DNA of 63,942 bases, the filler included, from an uncultured Acidimicrobiia bacterium (GTDB taxonomy: Bacteria; Actinomycetota; Acidimicrobiia; Spongiisociales; JAOTWH01): NCBI GenBank assembly GCA_964347285.1. It is 5 parts of 5 records of this genome, joined end to end, with 100 filler letters (N's around TTAATTAATTAA, not from the genome) between each part and the next. Parts side by side here need not be neighbours in the genome. Positions count along the whole stretch, not along the records: positions 47,400 to 61,515 come from CAYFYE010000064.1; 4 more parts are not named here. The stretch is one strand, 5' to 3'. The translations under genes were made by a program, and so were the position numbers. Shown here in pieces: positions 48,526 to 58,809 of this stretch; the stretch's first letter is position 1; every line of letters starts with the position of its first letter. A model generated the notes under the pieces. The model searched no databases. It saw only the letters and a list, made by a program, of their open reading frames with translations, and was not told the DNA's origin.

Positions 48526-50256
48526 TCAGGCATCCTCGCGAGGAATGACCGGCAACAGCAGCCGGGCCGGGTGATCCGGTCCGGTGTGCAGGGTCACGAT
48601 GCCACCGAAGACACCGTGGGGTCGGTCGCCGGGGTCGTCGTGCAGGAACGGCCCGGACCCGCGGAGCTCGTTTTTGAACGTGGACAGGCGGGCAGGGGAC
48701 GCCTCGCCTTCGTATTCGTAGTCGCTGCCGCGGATCGTCAGCCCGATGGTGTATCCCGCCGGGATCACGATGGAGGTCGGCCAGATCTCTACGTCCACCG
48801 CGTAGACGGTCCCCGGGACGAGCGGCTGCTGCTCGTCGTGGGAGTGGTAGGGGCGGTACTCCGTGCTCAGCGTCTCGTCGAGCTTGCGATGCGAAGCCCG
48901 CAGCCATCCCTGGCCGATCGGGGTGTGCGGATCGATGGCACCCTGGAAGGTCACCTCGGCGCCCTCCGGGTCGAAGACGCGCAGCACCGCGAACAGATCG
49001 GCGTCGGAGGTCTCGGACGACACGAACAGCCTGACGGCCGAGGGTCCCGTGAGCTCGGTTTCCTCCGGGCACGGGCCGGCCAGGAACGTGACCCCGGGGC
49101 CCACAGGATCGTAGGAAGCCGTCGCTTCTTCCGGAGGCTCGGTCGAGTCGAGCACCGAGGTACCGGCGTCGAGGAACAACTCGGTCCACCTCGTCTCTGG
49201 AAGCGGCCACCCGGCGGTGGTCCGCTCCTCGAAGCCCTCGATCGCTCGCACCTGGAGCAGGACCGGGGGCCTGCGGTCCCAGCCGTTGTCCTCGCCCTTG
49301 AGGAAATGGCCGAAGAACTGTTTCTGCAGGCCAACGCCGTAGTCGGTGTAGAAGTGGGTCCAGTGTTCGAGGCCGTGCAGCTCGAGCCACTTCTGCGGAG
49401 AGGCCGCCCGCACAAATCCCTCGACGTTGCCTCGCAGGTGCAGGCCATTTCCGCCCCAGTTGCCCGCGCTGAGGAGCGGCACCTCGATGGCGTCCCAGTC
49501 GGGAGACCGCTCCCGGTGATAATCGTCGTCGAGCGGGTGGCTGGCGATGTCGGCACCGAGATCACATCGATTGGCGGCGAGCTCCGCGTCGTTGAGCGTT
49601 TCGTCTCCGCAGACCGGGAGATGGTTGAACGGGCTCACCGGGCCGTTTTTCCCCAGGCCGTACTGGACCGTCTTGACCTGCATGTCGTACCAGTTCGTCC
49701 AGAACGTGCTCAGGATCCCGCCGTGGTGGGTCATGTCGCGATACCAGTCGGCGGCTCCCTCCCAGACGCAGATGGCAGCAAGGTGCGGTGGCCGCAGCGA
49801 GGCAACATGCCATTGGTTTATTGCGTAGTACGAGATGCCGTTCAGCCCCACCTTGCCCGAGCTCCACTCCTGGACACCCGCCCACTCGATGCACGCGTAG
49901 AGGTCCCGGGTCTCTCGCCAAGAGAAGTGATCGATGTACCCCGGTGACCGTCCGCAGCCCCGGGAGTCGACCCGGAGGATGGCGTACCCGTCCGGAACCC
50001 ACTTCTCGGGATCGACGACCTCCCAGTTCTGGTACCGGTTCGTGGATCCCGCGGCGACGTCCGGGTGCTCCTCGGTCATGATGCGCCACTGGTCGGGATA
50101 GCCGTCCTGGAATCTGAGCCCCTTGGCGTATGGGCCATAGCTGAGGATCACCGGATACCGGCCGGTCTCGGCTGGGCTGAACCGGTCGGCGCGCAGCACG
50201 ATGCCGTCGTCCATCTCGATCGGCAGGTCCCACTCGACATACATGTTCTCCCTCAC
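48526..50256 (-). CDS. CocE/NonD family hydrolase
   Basis: DGIVLRAD, GPYAKG, DSRG.G.S, GISYY, GWLRASHR. Confidence 0.92.
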   Translation of the reverse strand: MRENMYVEWDLPIEMDDGIVLRADRFSPAETGRYPVILSYGPYAKGLRFQDGYPDQWRIMTEEHPDVAAGSTNRYQNWEVVDPEKWVPDGYAILRVDSRGCGRSPGYIDHFSWRETRDLYACIEWAGVQEWSSGKVGLNGISYYAINQWHVASLRPPHLAAICVWEGAADWYRDMTHHGGILSTFWTNWYDMQVKTVQYGLGKNGPVSPFNHLPVCGDETLNDAELAANRCDLGADIASHPLDDDYHRERSPDWDAIEVPLLSAGNWGGNGLHLRGNVEGFVRAASPQKWLELHGLEHWTHFYTDYGVGLQKQFFGHFLKGEDNGWDRRPPVLLQVRAIEGFEERTTAGWPLPETRWTELFLDAGTSVLDSTEPPEEATASYDPVGPGVTFLAGPCPEETELTGPSAVRLFVSSETSDADLFAVLRVFDPEGAEVTFQGAIDPHTPIGQGWLRASHRKLDETLSTEYRPYHSHDEQQPLVPGTVYAVDVEIWPTSIVIPAGYTIGLTIRGSDYEYEGEASPARLSTFKNELRGSGPFLHDDPGDRPHGVFGGIVTLHTGPDHPARLLLPVIPREDA

Positions 50257-50397
50257 CCCAGAGGCGGGCCGATCCTACGGCGTCGTGGGGCCGATTACAT
50301 CGAGTCCGCGTTCGGTGCCGCGATTCCTTCATACACCGCCGCGCCGTCGGTCACCGCAACCGTCCGAGGCGGCTGGAACCCGGACTCGGCGCAGCCT

Positions 50398-51399
50398 TCA
50401 GCCCACCTTCATCAGCACTTTGAGCGACGAGGAGTCGTGGACGAGGTCGAACGCTTCCCCTGCCTGCTCCAGGTCCAGCATGTGGGTCACCAACGGCTCC
50501 AGCTGCAGTGATCCGGCTGCGGCGAGTCGCACCCCATCGGCGTAGTCGCCGGGGAGCGCCGCCCTCGGGTTGTGCAGCGTCAACTCCTTGTAGTAGAGCT
50601 GGTAATAGGGCAGGCCCTCGCCGCCTTCGGTGATCGTGCCGAACACGAGCACCTCTCCTCCGATGGCGGCGAGGTCGATCGCCTGGCCGAGGGTGGCCTC
50701 GGTGCCGACCGCCTCCACGACGAGGTCGGGCCCCGACCCAGACGTGATGGCATCAACGATCTCCGCAGCGTGAGCCGGCTCGGCGGTGGCAGTTGCGCCG
50801 AGGGATTCCGCCAGCTCTCGTTTCCACGCGGAACGGGTGATCCCGACAACGGTGTAGCCCTGGAGGCGGAGCAGCTGGCTGATGAGCTGCCCGGCCACGC
50901 CGAGCCCGAGGACGGCCGCAACCCTCCCCGGAAGCGGGCGGAAGACCTTGACGGCATGGACGCAGGTTCCCAGCACCTGAAGGAGGCCGCCGGCCTTGTC
51001 GGAGATCGAGTCGGGGACGGCGATGAGTCGGTTGCCGGGGACGACGACGTACTCGGTGAACACACCGTCCACGTCCCGCCCGAGGAGGCCGCCGTTCCGG
51101 CAGATGTTGAGCCGCCCCGCCATGCAGAGGTCGCACCACCCGCACGAGACGCCGGGGTCGACGAGCACCCGATCGCCCTCGGAGTACGGGAAACCCTCTG
51201 CCGGCTGGACGACGGTGCCCAGCATCTCGTGGCCGGCCACGACCGGGCAGGAAACCGGGATCTTCCCCGCCAGGATCTTGACATCGGTGCCGCAGACCCC
51301 GACCTGGTCGACCTTGAGGATGGCGTCCTGCACTTCGTCGGGCTGAGGGATGTCGGTGACGACGACCGAGCCCGGAGCGGTCACCTGTACTGCCCTCAC
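50398..51399 (-). CDS. Zinc-dependent MDR alcohol dehydrogenase
   Basis: GVCGTD, GHE, CGWCDLC..C, GLGVAG. Confidence 0.92.
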   Translation of the reverse strand: MRAVQVTAPGSVVVTDIPQPDEVQDAILKVDQVGVCGTDVKILAGKIPVSCPVVAGHEMLGTVVQPAEGFPYSEGDRVLVDPGVSCGWCDLCMAGRLNICRNGGLLGRDVDGVFTEYVVVPGNRLIAVPDSISDKAGGLLQVLGTCVHAVKVFRPLPGRVAAVLGLGVAGQLISQLLRLQGYTVVGITRSAWKRELAESLGATATAEPAHAAEIVDAITSGSGPDLVVEAVGTEATLGQAIDLAAIGGEVLVFGTITEGGEGLPYYQLYYKELTLHNPRAALPGDYADGVRLAAAGSLQLEPLVTHMLDLEQAGEAFDLVHDSSSLKVLMKVG

Positions 51400-52397
51400 G
51401 AGGTCTCCTCGTCGGCTGAGGGAATGGTAGGTGAGCCCCTCGGAATGCCAGTGGCGTCCGGCCGGTCGGAGAGGAGGTTGATCGTCACCCCGACGATCAC
51501 GAGCACCAGCCCGATCATCAGCGGCGTCGTGATCGGCTCGTCGAGGAGCAGCGCCGAGGAGAGCACCCCAACGACGGGCACGGCCATCAGGGTCAGGTTC
51601 GTCGAGACGGCATCGAGGCTACGGAGCACGACGATCAGAGCCCAGAACGCGGTCCCGGTGGCCAGGGCACCCTGGTAGGCGACGATGGCGGCTAGCTGCG
51701 CGGTCCAGTCGATGTCCGGGATCCCGTCCCGGAGCAGCGCGATCGCCGTCATCGGGATCAGCGCACCGACGAGCTGCCAGGGCATGGCCTCCAGCGGGGT
51801 GATCGTCCAACGGTGCCCCCTGATGTGGACGGCGGTGGCTGCGTTGGTAATGGCGGCGAGCAGGAGCAGGGCATGGCCGACCGCGACCTCGGGCTCACGC
51901 CAGTCGAACTGCCAAGGCTGGAAGAGCACGACCACCCCGGCGATACCGGTGAGGAGCCCCACCCATTGCCGTCCGGTGATGTGCTCGCCGAGGAAGATCG
52001 CGGCGATCGGGACCGTCCACAGGCTCGTTGTCCACACGATGACAGAGGAACGTCCCGGCGGGATGATCTGCAAGGCGGTGAAGACCAGGAGGAACACCGC
52101 ACCGAGGCGAAACACCGCCATCGAGGCGATGATCGGCAGGTCCCGGCGCGGCGGGCGTCTCCGATTGCCGGTGGCGATCCCGATGGCAACGACGACGACG
52201 GCTGCTCCTGCCAGCCGAAACACCGCCATCCAGATCGGTGTGATCGACTCCAGGGCCACCGACATGAAGGGCCAGTTGAGCCCGAGCAGGAGGATCACCG
52301 TCGCCAGCAGGGCGTAGATGGCCGGCCTGGTGAGGTTCCGACCCCGCTCAGCGGCGGGGTCCGTCTCCCAGATGAGGCCGCGCCAAGAGCCGGTCAT
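51396..52397 (-). CDS. DMT/EamA family transporter (start uncertain)
   Basis: 10 TM, GLNWP, FLGEHI, PVVGV.S..LLLDE. Confidence 0.88.
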   Translation of the reverse strand: MTGSWRGLIWETDPAAERGRNLTRPAIYALLATVILLLGLNWPFMSVALESITPIWMAVFRLAGAAVVVVAIGIATGNRRRPPRRDLPIIASMAVFRLGAVFLLVFTALQIIPPGRSSVIVWTTSLWTVPIAAIFLGEHITGRQWVGLLTGIAGVVVLFQPWQFDWREPEVAVGHALLLLAAITNAATAVHIRGHRWTITPLEAMPWQLVGALIPMTAIALLRDGIPDIDWTAQLAAIVAYQGALATGTAFWALIVVLRSLDAVSTNLTLMAVPVVGVLSSALLLDEPITTPLMIGLVLVIVGVTINLLSDRPDATGIPRGSPTIPSADEETS

Positions 52398-52441
52398 CCC
52401 CCAGGAGCCCCGGCGCGGGCCGCCGCTAGGGTTGCGCCACC

Positions 52442-53440
52442 ATGACGACCGTCGACATCCATTGCCACCTGGCGACACCAGCGAGCCGGCCGCTGGTCGA
52501 ACCCCATCGCAGGCCCGAGTTCGAGCCGTACGACTACTACATGGGCGCCGACTCGAAGGAACACAACAGGGTCATGTTCCCCAGCATCAAAGACCAGCTG
52601 GTGGACCCCGATGCCCGTATCGAGCACATGGACCGGATGGGGATCGACGTGCAGGGCCTGGCCACCTTCGTCTCCGAATACTTCTACTGGGCCCCGGGCC
52701 CCGCCGGGGCGGAGTCGGCCAGGATCCAGAACGACAACCTGGCTGCTGCGGCCGCGGCAAACCCGCACCGATTCGTCGCCATGGGAGCCACTGTTCCGCT
52801 TCAGGACGTCGATCTCGCCATCGCCGAGCTGGACCGCGCCGTCGACGTGCTGGGCTTCAAGGGCCTCCAGATCGGCGGTACGGTCAACGGTAGGAATCTG
52901 GACGAGCCGCGGTTCCGTCCCTTCTGGGCGGCCGTCGAGGGTAAGGGGGTCCCCGTGATCCTCCATCCCAACGGTTACCCGGAGAGCGAGCGGTACTCTG
53001 ACTACTTCCTGGTCAACTGCATCGGCAACCCGTTGGAGACGATGGTGGCGGCAACCCGCATGATCTTCAGCGGGCTCTTCGAGGAGCACCCCGGCATCAA
53101 GCTGGTGCTGCTCCACGGCGGTGGCTACCTGCCCTTCTACAGCTCTCGCGCCGACCACACCTGGGAAGTTCGGCCCGAGACGCGGGTCGGCATCCCCGAC
53201 CATCCTCCGAGCCACTACATGAAGCGGCTCTACTACGACACGATGGTGTTCCAACCCCTCTATCTCACCCACCTGGTCGAGATCGTCGGTGTCGACCGGG
53301 TCATGCTCGGCACCGACTTCCCCTTCGACATGGGCGAAACCGACCCGATCGGGCTCATCGACGCCACCGAGTCGTTGAGTGACGCGGACCGTGTCGCCCT
53401 CTCCGGCGGCAACGCCGCCCGCATCTTCGGTCTGGCCTGA
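52442..53440 (+). CDS. Amidohydrolase_2 family (ACMSD-like decarboxylase/hydratase)
   Basis: DIHCH, ILHP, HGGGYLP, GTDFPF. Confidence 0.92.
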   Translation: MTTVDIHCHLATPASRPLVEPHRRPEFEPYDYYMGADSKEHNRVMFPSIKDQLVDPDARIEHMDRMGIDVQGLATFVSEYFYWAPGPAGAESARIQNDNLAAAAAANPHRFVAMGATVPLQDVDLAIAELDRAVDVLGFKGLQIGGTVNGRNLDEPRFRPFWAAVEGKGVPVILHPNGYPESERYSDYFLVNCIGNPLETMVAATRMIFSGLFEEHPGIKLVLLHGGGYLPFYSSRADHTWEVRPETRVGIPDHPPSHYMKRLYYDTMVFQPLYLTHLVEIVGVDRVMLGTDFPFDMGETDPIGLIDATESLSDADRVALSGGNAARIFGLA

Positions 53441-53454
53441 CGGCGCACCCTCGA

Positions 53455-54278
53455 TCACGATTCCACCCGCTCCTGCATCGTCTCGGCCACAGCCTTGGAG
53501 AGCACCACCGCCCCCGTGATTCCGATGGCGCCGACCGCGGCGGCAGCCGCGCCCATCGTCGCCACCGAGGCAACGGCGGCCACGATGAGCGGCCCTCCGG
53601 TAGAGCCGAGACCGCCGTTGCTCTTCCACAGCCTGAGGAACTTGCCCCGTCCCGCTGCCGGCGAGAGTTCGGACCCCGGCGTCACGTTGAGGCCGGAGCC
53701 CAGCCCCTTGGCGAACCCGATGATCAAGGCGCCGACGGCAAGGCCGGCCAGGCCGGCGGTGAGCGGGACGAGAACGATGCCGACCGAGAACATCACCAGA
53801 CACGGCACAGCCGTTCACTTCCTGCCGCGAGCGTCCATAACCCTTCCCGCCGGGTAGACCATGAGGATCTCCACGGCGGCCGCCGCCGCAAAGATCAGCG
53901 AGATCTGGCCGACGTCACCCCGATGTGGTCCCCACAGCGGGATGATCGCCTCGCGCGAGCTGCGCAACCCCTGAAGGGCGACGACGACGAGCCCGGCAGT
54001 GGCCAGGGTCCTGCGATGGTCACGGAGGACACCGGCGACCGAAGGACGCTCACGCTCGCCGTTCTGGCTCACCAGGCCGCCCTTGCCGGAATGTCGGACA
54101 CCAGCGTTCCCAGGCTCCGCAGGGCGACGATCACACCGGTCAGCGCCGGCGCGGCCCCTAGATCGAGCGCGGGGAGGGCAATCACCGGTGTCACCGCTCC
54201 CTGCCCAGCGGCGGAGAGAAAGCTCGGCAGGTAGACCGGGGACGCCAGCGAGCCGACCCTGAAATGGCCGTCAGGCAT
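53455..54278 (-). pseudogene. MFS transporter, fragmented
   Basis: Three pieces in different frames (VYLPSFL...DIPA; LRSSREAIIPLW...YPAGRVMD.RGRK*; GLGSG...SP...RGKFL) with internal deletion. Confidence 0.8.
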
Positions 54279-55785
54279 CGGACGAGAAGAGCGGTGTGGT
54301 CGCGACGATGCCGCGGCTCCCATCGACGGCGACCAGCTGGTCGTGCTTCCCATCCAGGTCGACGCCACAGACGGACGGCACCCCGAGCGCCCCGGCGGAG
54401 CGGAAGAGGTGGGCGGCGGGACTCCCGGACCGCGTGACGACACCGGCAGCGTCCCACAGCAGCGGAGCCGCAAACGGGAGTGGGTGCTCGGTCACCACGA
54501 CGTTTCGCGGCGCGAACCCCGTGTCCTCCTCCTCCGGCGACACGTGTGCCGCGACGCCCGCTCCAACTCCCGGTGCGGCCGGCGTGCCCCGATGACGATC
54601 ACCCACATCGAGAACCACCGCGGCGATCAGCGGCTCCCACCTCCCCCTTCCCACTCGGCTTGCCGGTCGCTGCGACCGGAGGCCGGCGACTGCGGCGAGG
54701 AGCCTCGTCGCTCGATCGGGGTCGGGCGATTCGAGCTGTTCGATTGCCGAAAGCGCGCCGGCGGGTTCCGGACCCTGCAGCCGGCGAAGACACTCGCCTG
54801 CCATCTTCGTCGCGACGGCCGGCTCCTCTCCCCACACCTCGGCGGTGAGCTCACGGCTCAGCCGCTGCGCATCCTCGAACGTCGCTTGGTGGATTGGTTC
54901 GGAAGCATCACCGGGGAGGCCGCCCAGCGCCCAGGGCAGGATCAGCTCCTCCCCGAGCGCGTCGGGGGCACGGGCCAGCGCCCTGACCACCTCGAGCCAC
55001 TTCGGGTCGATCTCGCTGCCAACCTCGACGGCGTCGACTTCGGCCTGGTCATCGTCGATGACGCCTAGTTGGAGGATCCACGGATCACCGTCGACGGCCC
55101 ACTCACAGTACGTGGCACCGAGCAGGTCGCGAGCCTCGAGCATGGCTTTCGACAACGTGTCGAGGTCTTCCGCACCGATCAGATCGGAGAGCTCGTCGTC
55201 GGGCAGTGCCGGGCTCCAGCCGGTCAGCAGCGGAGCGGGCGAGCCGGCAATCCCGTGTATGACCACCGACCCATCCGACGACACGATGGCGGTTCCGCCG
55301 GCTGCGGGTCGCAGTTCCGGCTGCACCAGCACAGCCATCGCAAACGAACCCGGGTCGATTCCCACGGCAGCTTGGCGGCCAAGGGCATCGACCGAGAAGG
55401 CCGACGCCCAGCAGCCGACCACCGCCTTCGGCAGATCAGACGGCGAGAGCTCGAGATACGAGGTGAAGGCGCCCGACCACTCCGGCCGCATCTCCAGTGT
55501 CGTCGAGCTGCGGGCCACGAGCCGGGCACCGAGATCTCGTCCGGCTTCCACCAGCGCGTCGCCGAACGCGATTGGTTCGCCGCCGACGACCAGCCGCGCA
55601 CCGCCTGAGCCGCGTTCGGGCAGGGTGCCGGCACCGAGCCGCATGTGGCCGAGCGACGCACTCGATTCGACCACGAACCCGGGGAGGACCGGAAGCCCGG
55701 CGTGGCGTGCCCGCGCCAGCCACGCCGCCTTGGCACCGGCCCGGCCCGGATCGCGGCTCGCCTCACTGTCGAGGTCGAGGATCAC
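54271..55785 (-). CDS. PEP/pyruvate-binding (PPDK N-like) + PEP-utilising mobile His domain protein
   Basis: GAKAA.L, LPVLPGF, ARSS...E...SGAF.S, MAVLVQ, EWA; G.PAAPG, GSPAAH...LGVP.V, VDG. Confidence 0.8.
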   Translation of the reverse strand: MILDLDSEASRDPGRAGAKAAWLARARHAGLPVLPGFVVESSASLGHMRLGAGTLPERGSGGARLVVGGEPIAFGDALVEAGRDLGARLVARSSTTLEMRPEWSGAFTSYLELSPSDLPKAVVGCWASAFSVDALGRQAAVGIDPGSFAMAVLVQPELRPAAGGTAIVSSDGSVVIHGIAGSPAPLLTGWSPALPDDELSDLIGAEDLDTLSKAMLEARDLLGATYCEWAVDGDPWILQLGVIDDDQAEVDAVEVGSEIDPKWLEVVRALARAPDALGEELILPWALGGLPGDASEPIHQATFEDAQRLSRELTAEVWGEEPAVATKMAGECLRRLQGPEPAGALSAIEQLESPDPDRATRLLAAVAGLRSQRPASRVGRGRWEPLIAAVVLDVGDRHRGTPAAPGVGAGVAAHVSPEEEDTGFAPRNVVVTEHPLPFAAPLLWDAAGVVTRSGSPAAHLFRSAGALGVPSVCGVDLDGKHDQLVAVDGSRGIVATTPLFSSDA

Positions 55786-55789
55786 GGAC

Positions 55790-57028
55790 TCACGTGACCG
55801 AGATGATCTCGTGCGATGCGTAGGTGGAGACGAGCTCGATGCCGGTATCGGTGACGTACAGCATCTCTTCGAGCCGGACCCCGTGGTCGTGCATCTTCCC
55901 GTGCTGGGTCTCCAGCGCGAACGTCATCCCCGGCTGGATCTCCACGGGATGATCCAGCGACCAGATCCGAGAGATCACTGGGGGGTCGTACTGGGCGAGG
56001 CCCAAGCCGTGACCCCAGTTGTTGGCCGCCGCCTGGTCTTCCTCCTCGTAGCCCCACGCCTCCTTGGCCGAGGGCCACTTCGCCGCCACGTCGGCCGTCG
56101 TGACCCCGGGCTTGGTGGCCTCGATCGAGTCCCACAACCACTTGTGCGCTTCGGCGTAGGTCTTCTTGTGCTCGTCGGTCGGCTCACCGCCCACGCAGTA
56201 GGTGCGGTACACACACGACTTGAAGCCGTTCCAGGTCAGGGCCGCCAGGTCGATGATCACCAGCTCCCCGGGCCGGATCATCCGGTCGGAGAAGTTCCTC
56301 CAGTTGGGCCACGCATTCGGACCGGATGAGACGATCACGTCCTCCACGTCCTCCATCCCCGGGATCGAGTACAGCTTCTCGAACCCGAAGGCGGCAACCT
56401 CGTTCTCGGTCAGCCCCGGTTTGATGAAGTTGGTGATCTCGTAGTGGACGTAGTCGCAGATGGCGCCAACGATCGAGAACGCCTTGATCTCGTCGGGGCT
56501 CTTGATCGCCCTGGCCTCCATCATCGGCGACATGCCGTCCGTCCACTTGATGCTGCGCTTCTCGAACTCCCTGATCAGGTTGATGTCGACGAAATCGACC
56601 CCGAGCGGCTCGTCCTTCACCCCGGCATCCTCGAGATCGGAGACGAGCGCGTTGACGAACTTGTTGACCTGCTGGTCGGCCGCCGGCCCGACCGCACCCT
56701 TGATCCAGGCATAGGAGTACCTGATGTTCTCCTTGGGGATCCAGGGGTTGTGCACCTCGAGGTGAAAGCCGATGTCGCCCTGCTCGTAGACGATGGGCTT
56801 CTTGCCTTTCGGCAGTACCACGTAGCGCAGCCCCGGCTTCAGCCGATTCCACCCCGGAGTGAGCGTCGACGAGACGTAGCGCATGTTCTCGTCGTAGAAG
56901 AGCAGCAGGGCGCCGAGGCCGTGCCGCTCCATCGCTTCATGCGCTCGCTTCAGCCGCCAGTCGCGGACCTTCTCCCAGTTGATCCCTTCCTTCCAATCGG
57001 TGCCCAGCGTGAAGAACGCTTCCCTCAT
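55790..57028 (-). CDS. M24 (Xaa-Pro peptidase/creatinase fold) protein
   Basis: NMRYV, ARAIKS.DEI, IID, GHGLG, ALET, RLEE. Confidence 0.88.
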   Translation of the reverse strand: MREAFFTLGTDWKEGINWEKVRDWRLKRAHEAMERHGLGALLLFYDENMRYVSSTLTPGWNRLKPGLRYVVLPKGKKPIVYEQGDIGFHLEVHNPWIPKENIRYSYAWIKGAVGPAADQQVNKFVNALVSDLEDAGVKDEPLGVDFVDINLIREFEKRSIKWTDGMSPMMEARAIKSPDEIKAFSIVGAICDYVHYEITNFIKPGLTENEVAAFGFEKLYSIPGMEDVEDVIVSSGPNAWPNWRNFSDRMIRPGELVIIDLAALTWNGFKSCVYRTYCVGGEPTDEHKKTYAEAHKWLWDSIEATKPGVTTADVAAKWPSAKEAWGYEEEDQAAANNWGHGLGLAQYDPPVISRIWSLDHPVEIQPGMTFALETQHGKMHDHGVRLEEMLYVTDTGIELVSTYASHEIISVT

Positions 57029-57037
57029 CGAGTCTCC

Positions 57038-58276
57038 TTAGTCGAATGCTTCCGGCAATTCCTCGCGGACCACATCGAGGAACTCGTCGTCGTCGAGCAG
57101 GCCCTTCTTGGCCAGCGATCGGCCCTTCACCTCGGCCAGGATCGCTTCCAACGCCTTGGTGTCGGCGCCGTGGATCCCGTGCTTCCCGAGCCAGATAGCG
57201 ATCGAGTCGAGCCCGGATCCCTTGCCGAGCACGATCACTGGAGGTGCCTGGCCCACGAGCTCCGGGCGGTACGGGAACGGCTCGAGGAGGTCGTCGCCGA
57301 CGTTCTTGACCCAGGTGGCGATGATTCCCGATTCGACGTTGTACAGCATCTCCCCGGTCACCGGCCGGTTCTTCGGCTGCGTCACGCCGGACATGTCAGC
57401 GACCATCCGGGCGATCTCGGTGAACTTCGTCGTGTCGATGCCGGTGTCCACCCCGTACATGGTGAGCAGGGCGAGCACCGTCTCCTCAGTCGGTGCGTTG
57501 CCTGCCCGCTCACCGAGGCCGCTCACCGTGGTGTGGATCACCGAGGCGCCTTCGGCTACGGCGATGATGCTGTTGGCCACCCCCATGCCGAAATCCATGT
57601 GGAAATGGGTCTCCAGGGGCACCGGGATCCGCTCCTTGACCCGCTGGGTGTAGTAGGCGATGGCGTGCGGTGAGCTCACCCCGAAGGTGTCGACGAGGGC
57701 GATATTGTCGACGTGACCGTCGGTGGCGACCGCCTCGAGGTCGTCGAGCAGTTCGGTCATCGTCGTGGCCCGCGTGGCGTCGATGGGGAAGAAGGTGACC
57801 TTGAGCCCGTTGTCGTGGGCGTACTTCGTGGCCTCGACCGAGGCCTCGATGGCCCGCTCCAGCGGCCACTGATAGGCCTTCTCGATCAGGTGGTGGCTGG
57901 AGGGGACCTCCATCACCACGCCGGTGACGCCGCACTCGAGGGCCAGCTCGACGTCGGGCACCATGCAGCGGCTGAACGCATAGATCTCGGTGGGGAGGCC
58001 TTCGGCGGTCATCCGCTTGATGGCCTCGGTGTCGGACGGCGACACGGCGGGGAGCCCCGCCTCGATCCGGTGAATTCCCGCCTCGGCCAGGGCGGTGGCG
58101 ATCGCCACCTTCTCGTCCGCGGTGAACTCGACACCCGCCTGCTGCTCACCGTCACGCAGGGTGACGTCGTGGATCTGCACCTCGTCGGGGATCTGAAACC
58201 CCTCGGTCACCTCCGGCAGGTAGTTCCACGGGCTGGAGAACCACTGGTCGGTCTTCCATGGTCCGGGCGATGCCAT
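57038..58276 (-). CDS. DRE-TIM metallolyase (homocitrate/isopropylmalate synthase-like, no regulatory domain)
   Basis: DVTLRDGEQ, HFHMDFG, GLGERAGN, LGKGSG. Confidence 0.88.
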   Translation of the reverse strand: MASPGPWKTDQWFSSPWNYLPEVTEGFQIPDEVQIHDVTLRDGEQQAGVEFTADEKVAIATALAEAGIHRIEAGLPAVSPSDTEAIKRMTAEGLPTEIYAFSRCMVPDVELALECGVTGVVMEVPSSHHLIEKAYQWPLERAIEASVEATKYAHDNGLKVTFFPIDATRATTMTELLDDLEAVATDGHVDNIALVDTFGVSSPHAIAYYTQRVKERIPVPLETHFHMDFGMGVANSIIAVAEGASVIHTTVSGLGERAGNAPTEETVLALLTMYGVDTGIDTTKFTEIARMVADMSGVTQPKNRPVTGEMLYNVESGIIATWVKNVGDDLLEPFPYRPELVGQAPPVIVLGKGSGLDSIAIWLGKHGIHGADTKALEAILAEVKGRSLAKKGLLDDDEFLDVVREELPEAFD

Positions 58277-58353
58277 AGCCACTCCTTCCGGGGTCGACAG
58301 GCCGATTCTGCATACTATCCGATCGGGTTTTGGGCGCCCCAACCGGGTGGAAC

Positions 58354-58547
58354 GACGAGTACGCAATCCGTGCCGGCTACCTCAACCAGCCCTGCCGGGT
58401 CGCAGAGCTGCGACCCCAGCTGGGACGGTTGCTGCCGGCACCCCTACATCCCCAACTCGTCGTACGGTTCGGCAAACTCGCCGCCGCCCCCGAGGCCAGC
58501 GCCGCCGGCCAATCGGAGCCGTTCTCTACACCAGCCACCGCAGCTGA
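58354..58547 (+). pseudogene. C-terminal remnant of Acg-like nitroreductase
   Basis: YLNQPC.V.ELR.QL...PQLVVRFG then shifted RRPIGAVL. Confidence 0.55.
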
Positions 58548-58809
58548 GCCGCCAACGCCGACACGGCTGGCGCCTTCCGGAGTCACGGTGGTCCACGCCG
58601 AGCCGCGACGGTCTTCAGCATGGTTCGGTGTCGTTCGAGCGGCGCCCGGCGGTCTGCAACAACGGCGGGACGGTCGGCGTTCGCGCCCGATGCCGGTATG
58701 CCCGAGGCGCACGATCCACCACCGTCTATAGCCGGTAGGCAGCCGGAGCCCTCCGCCGGTTACTCCCTCGATCGCAACCGCCCGGAGCCTCGGACCTAGC
58801 ATCGCCGCC

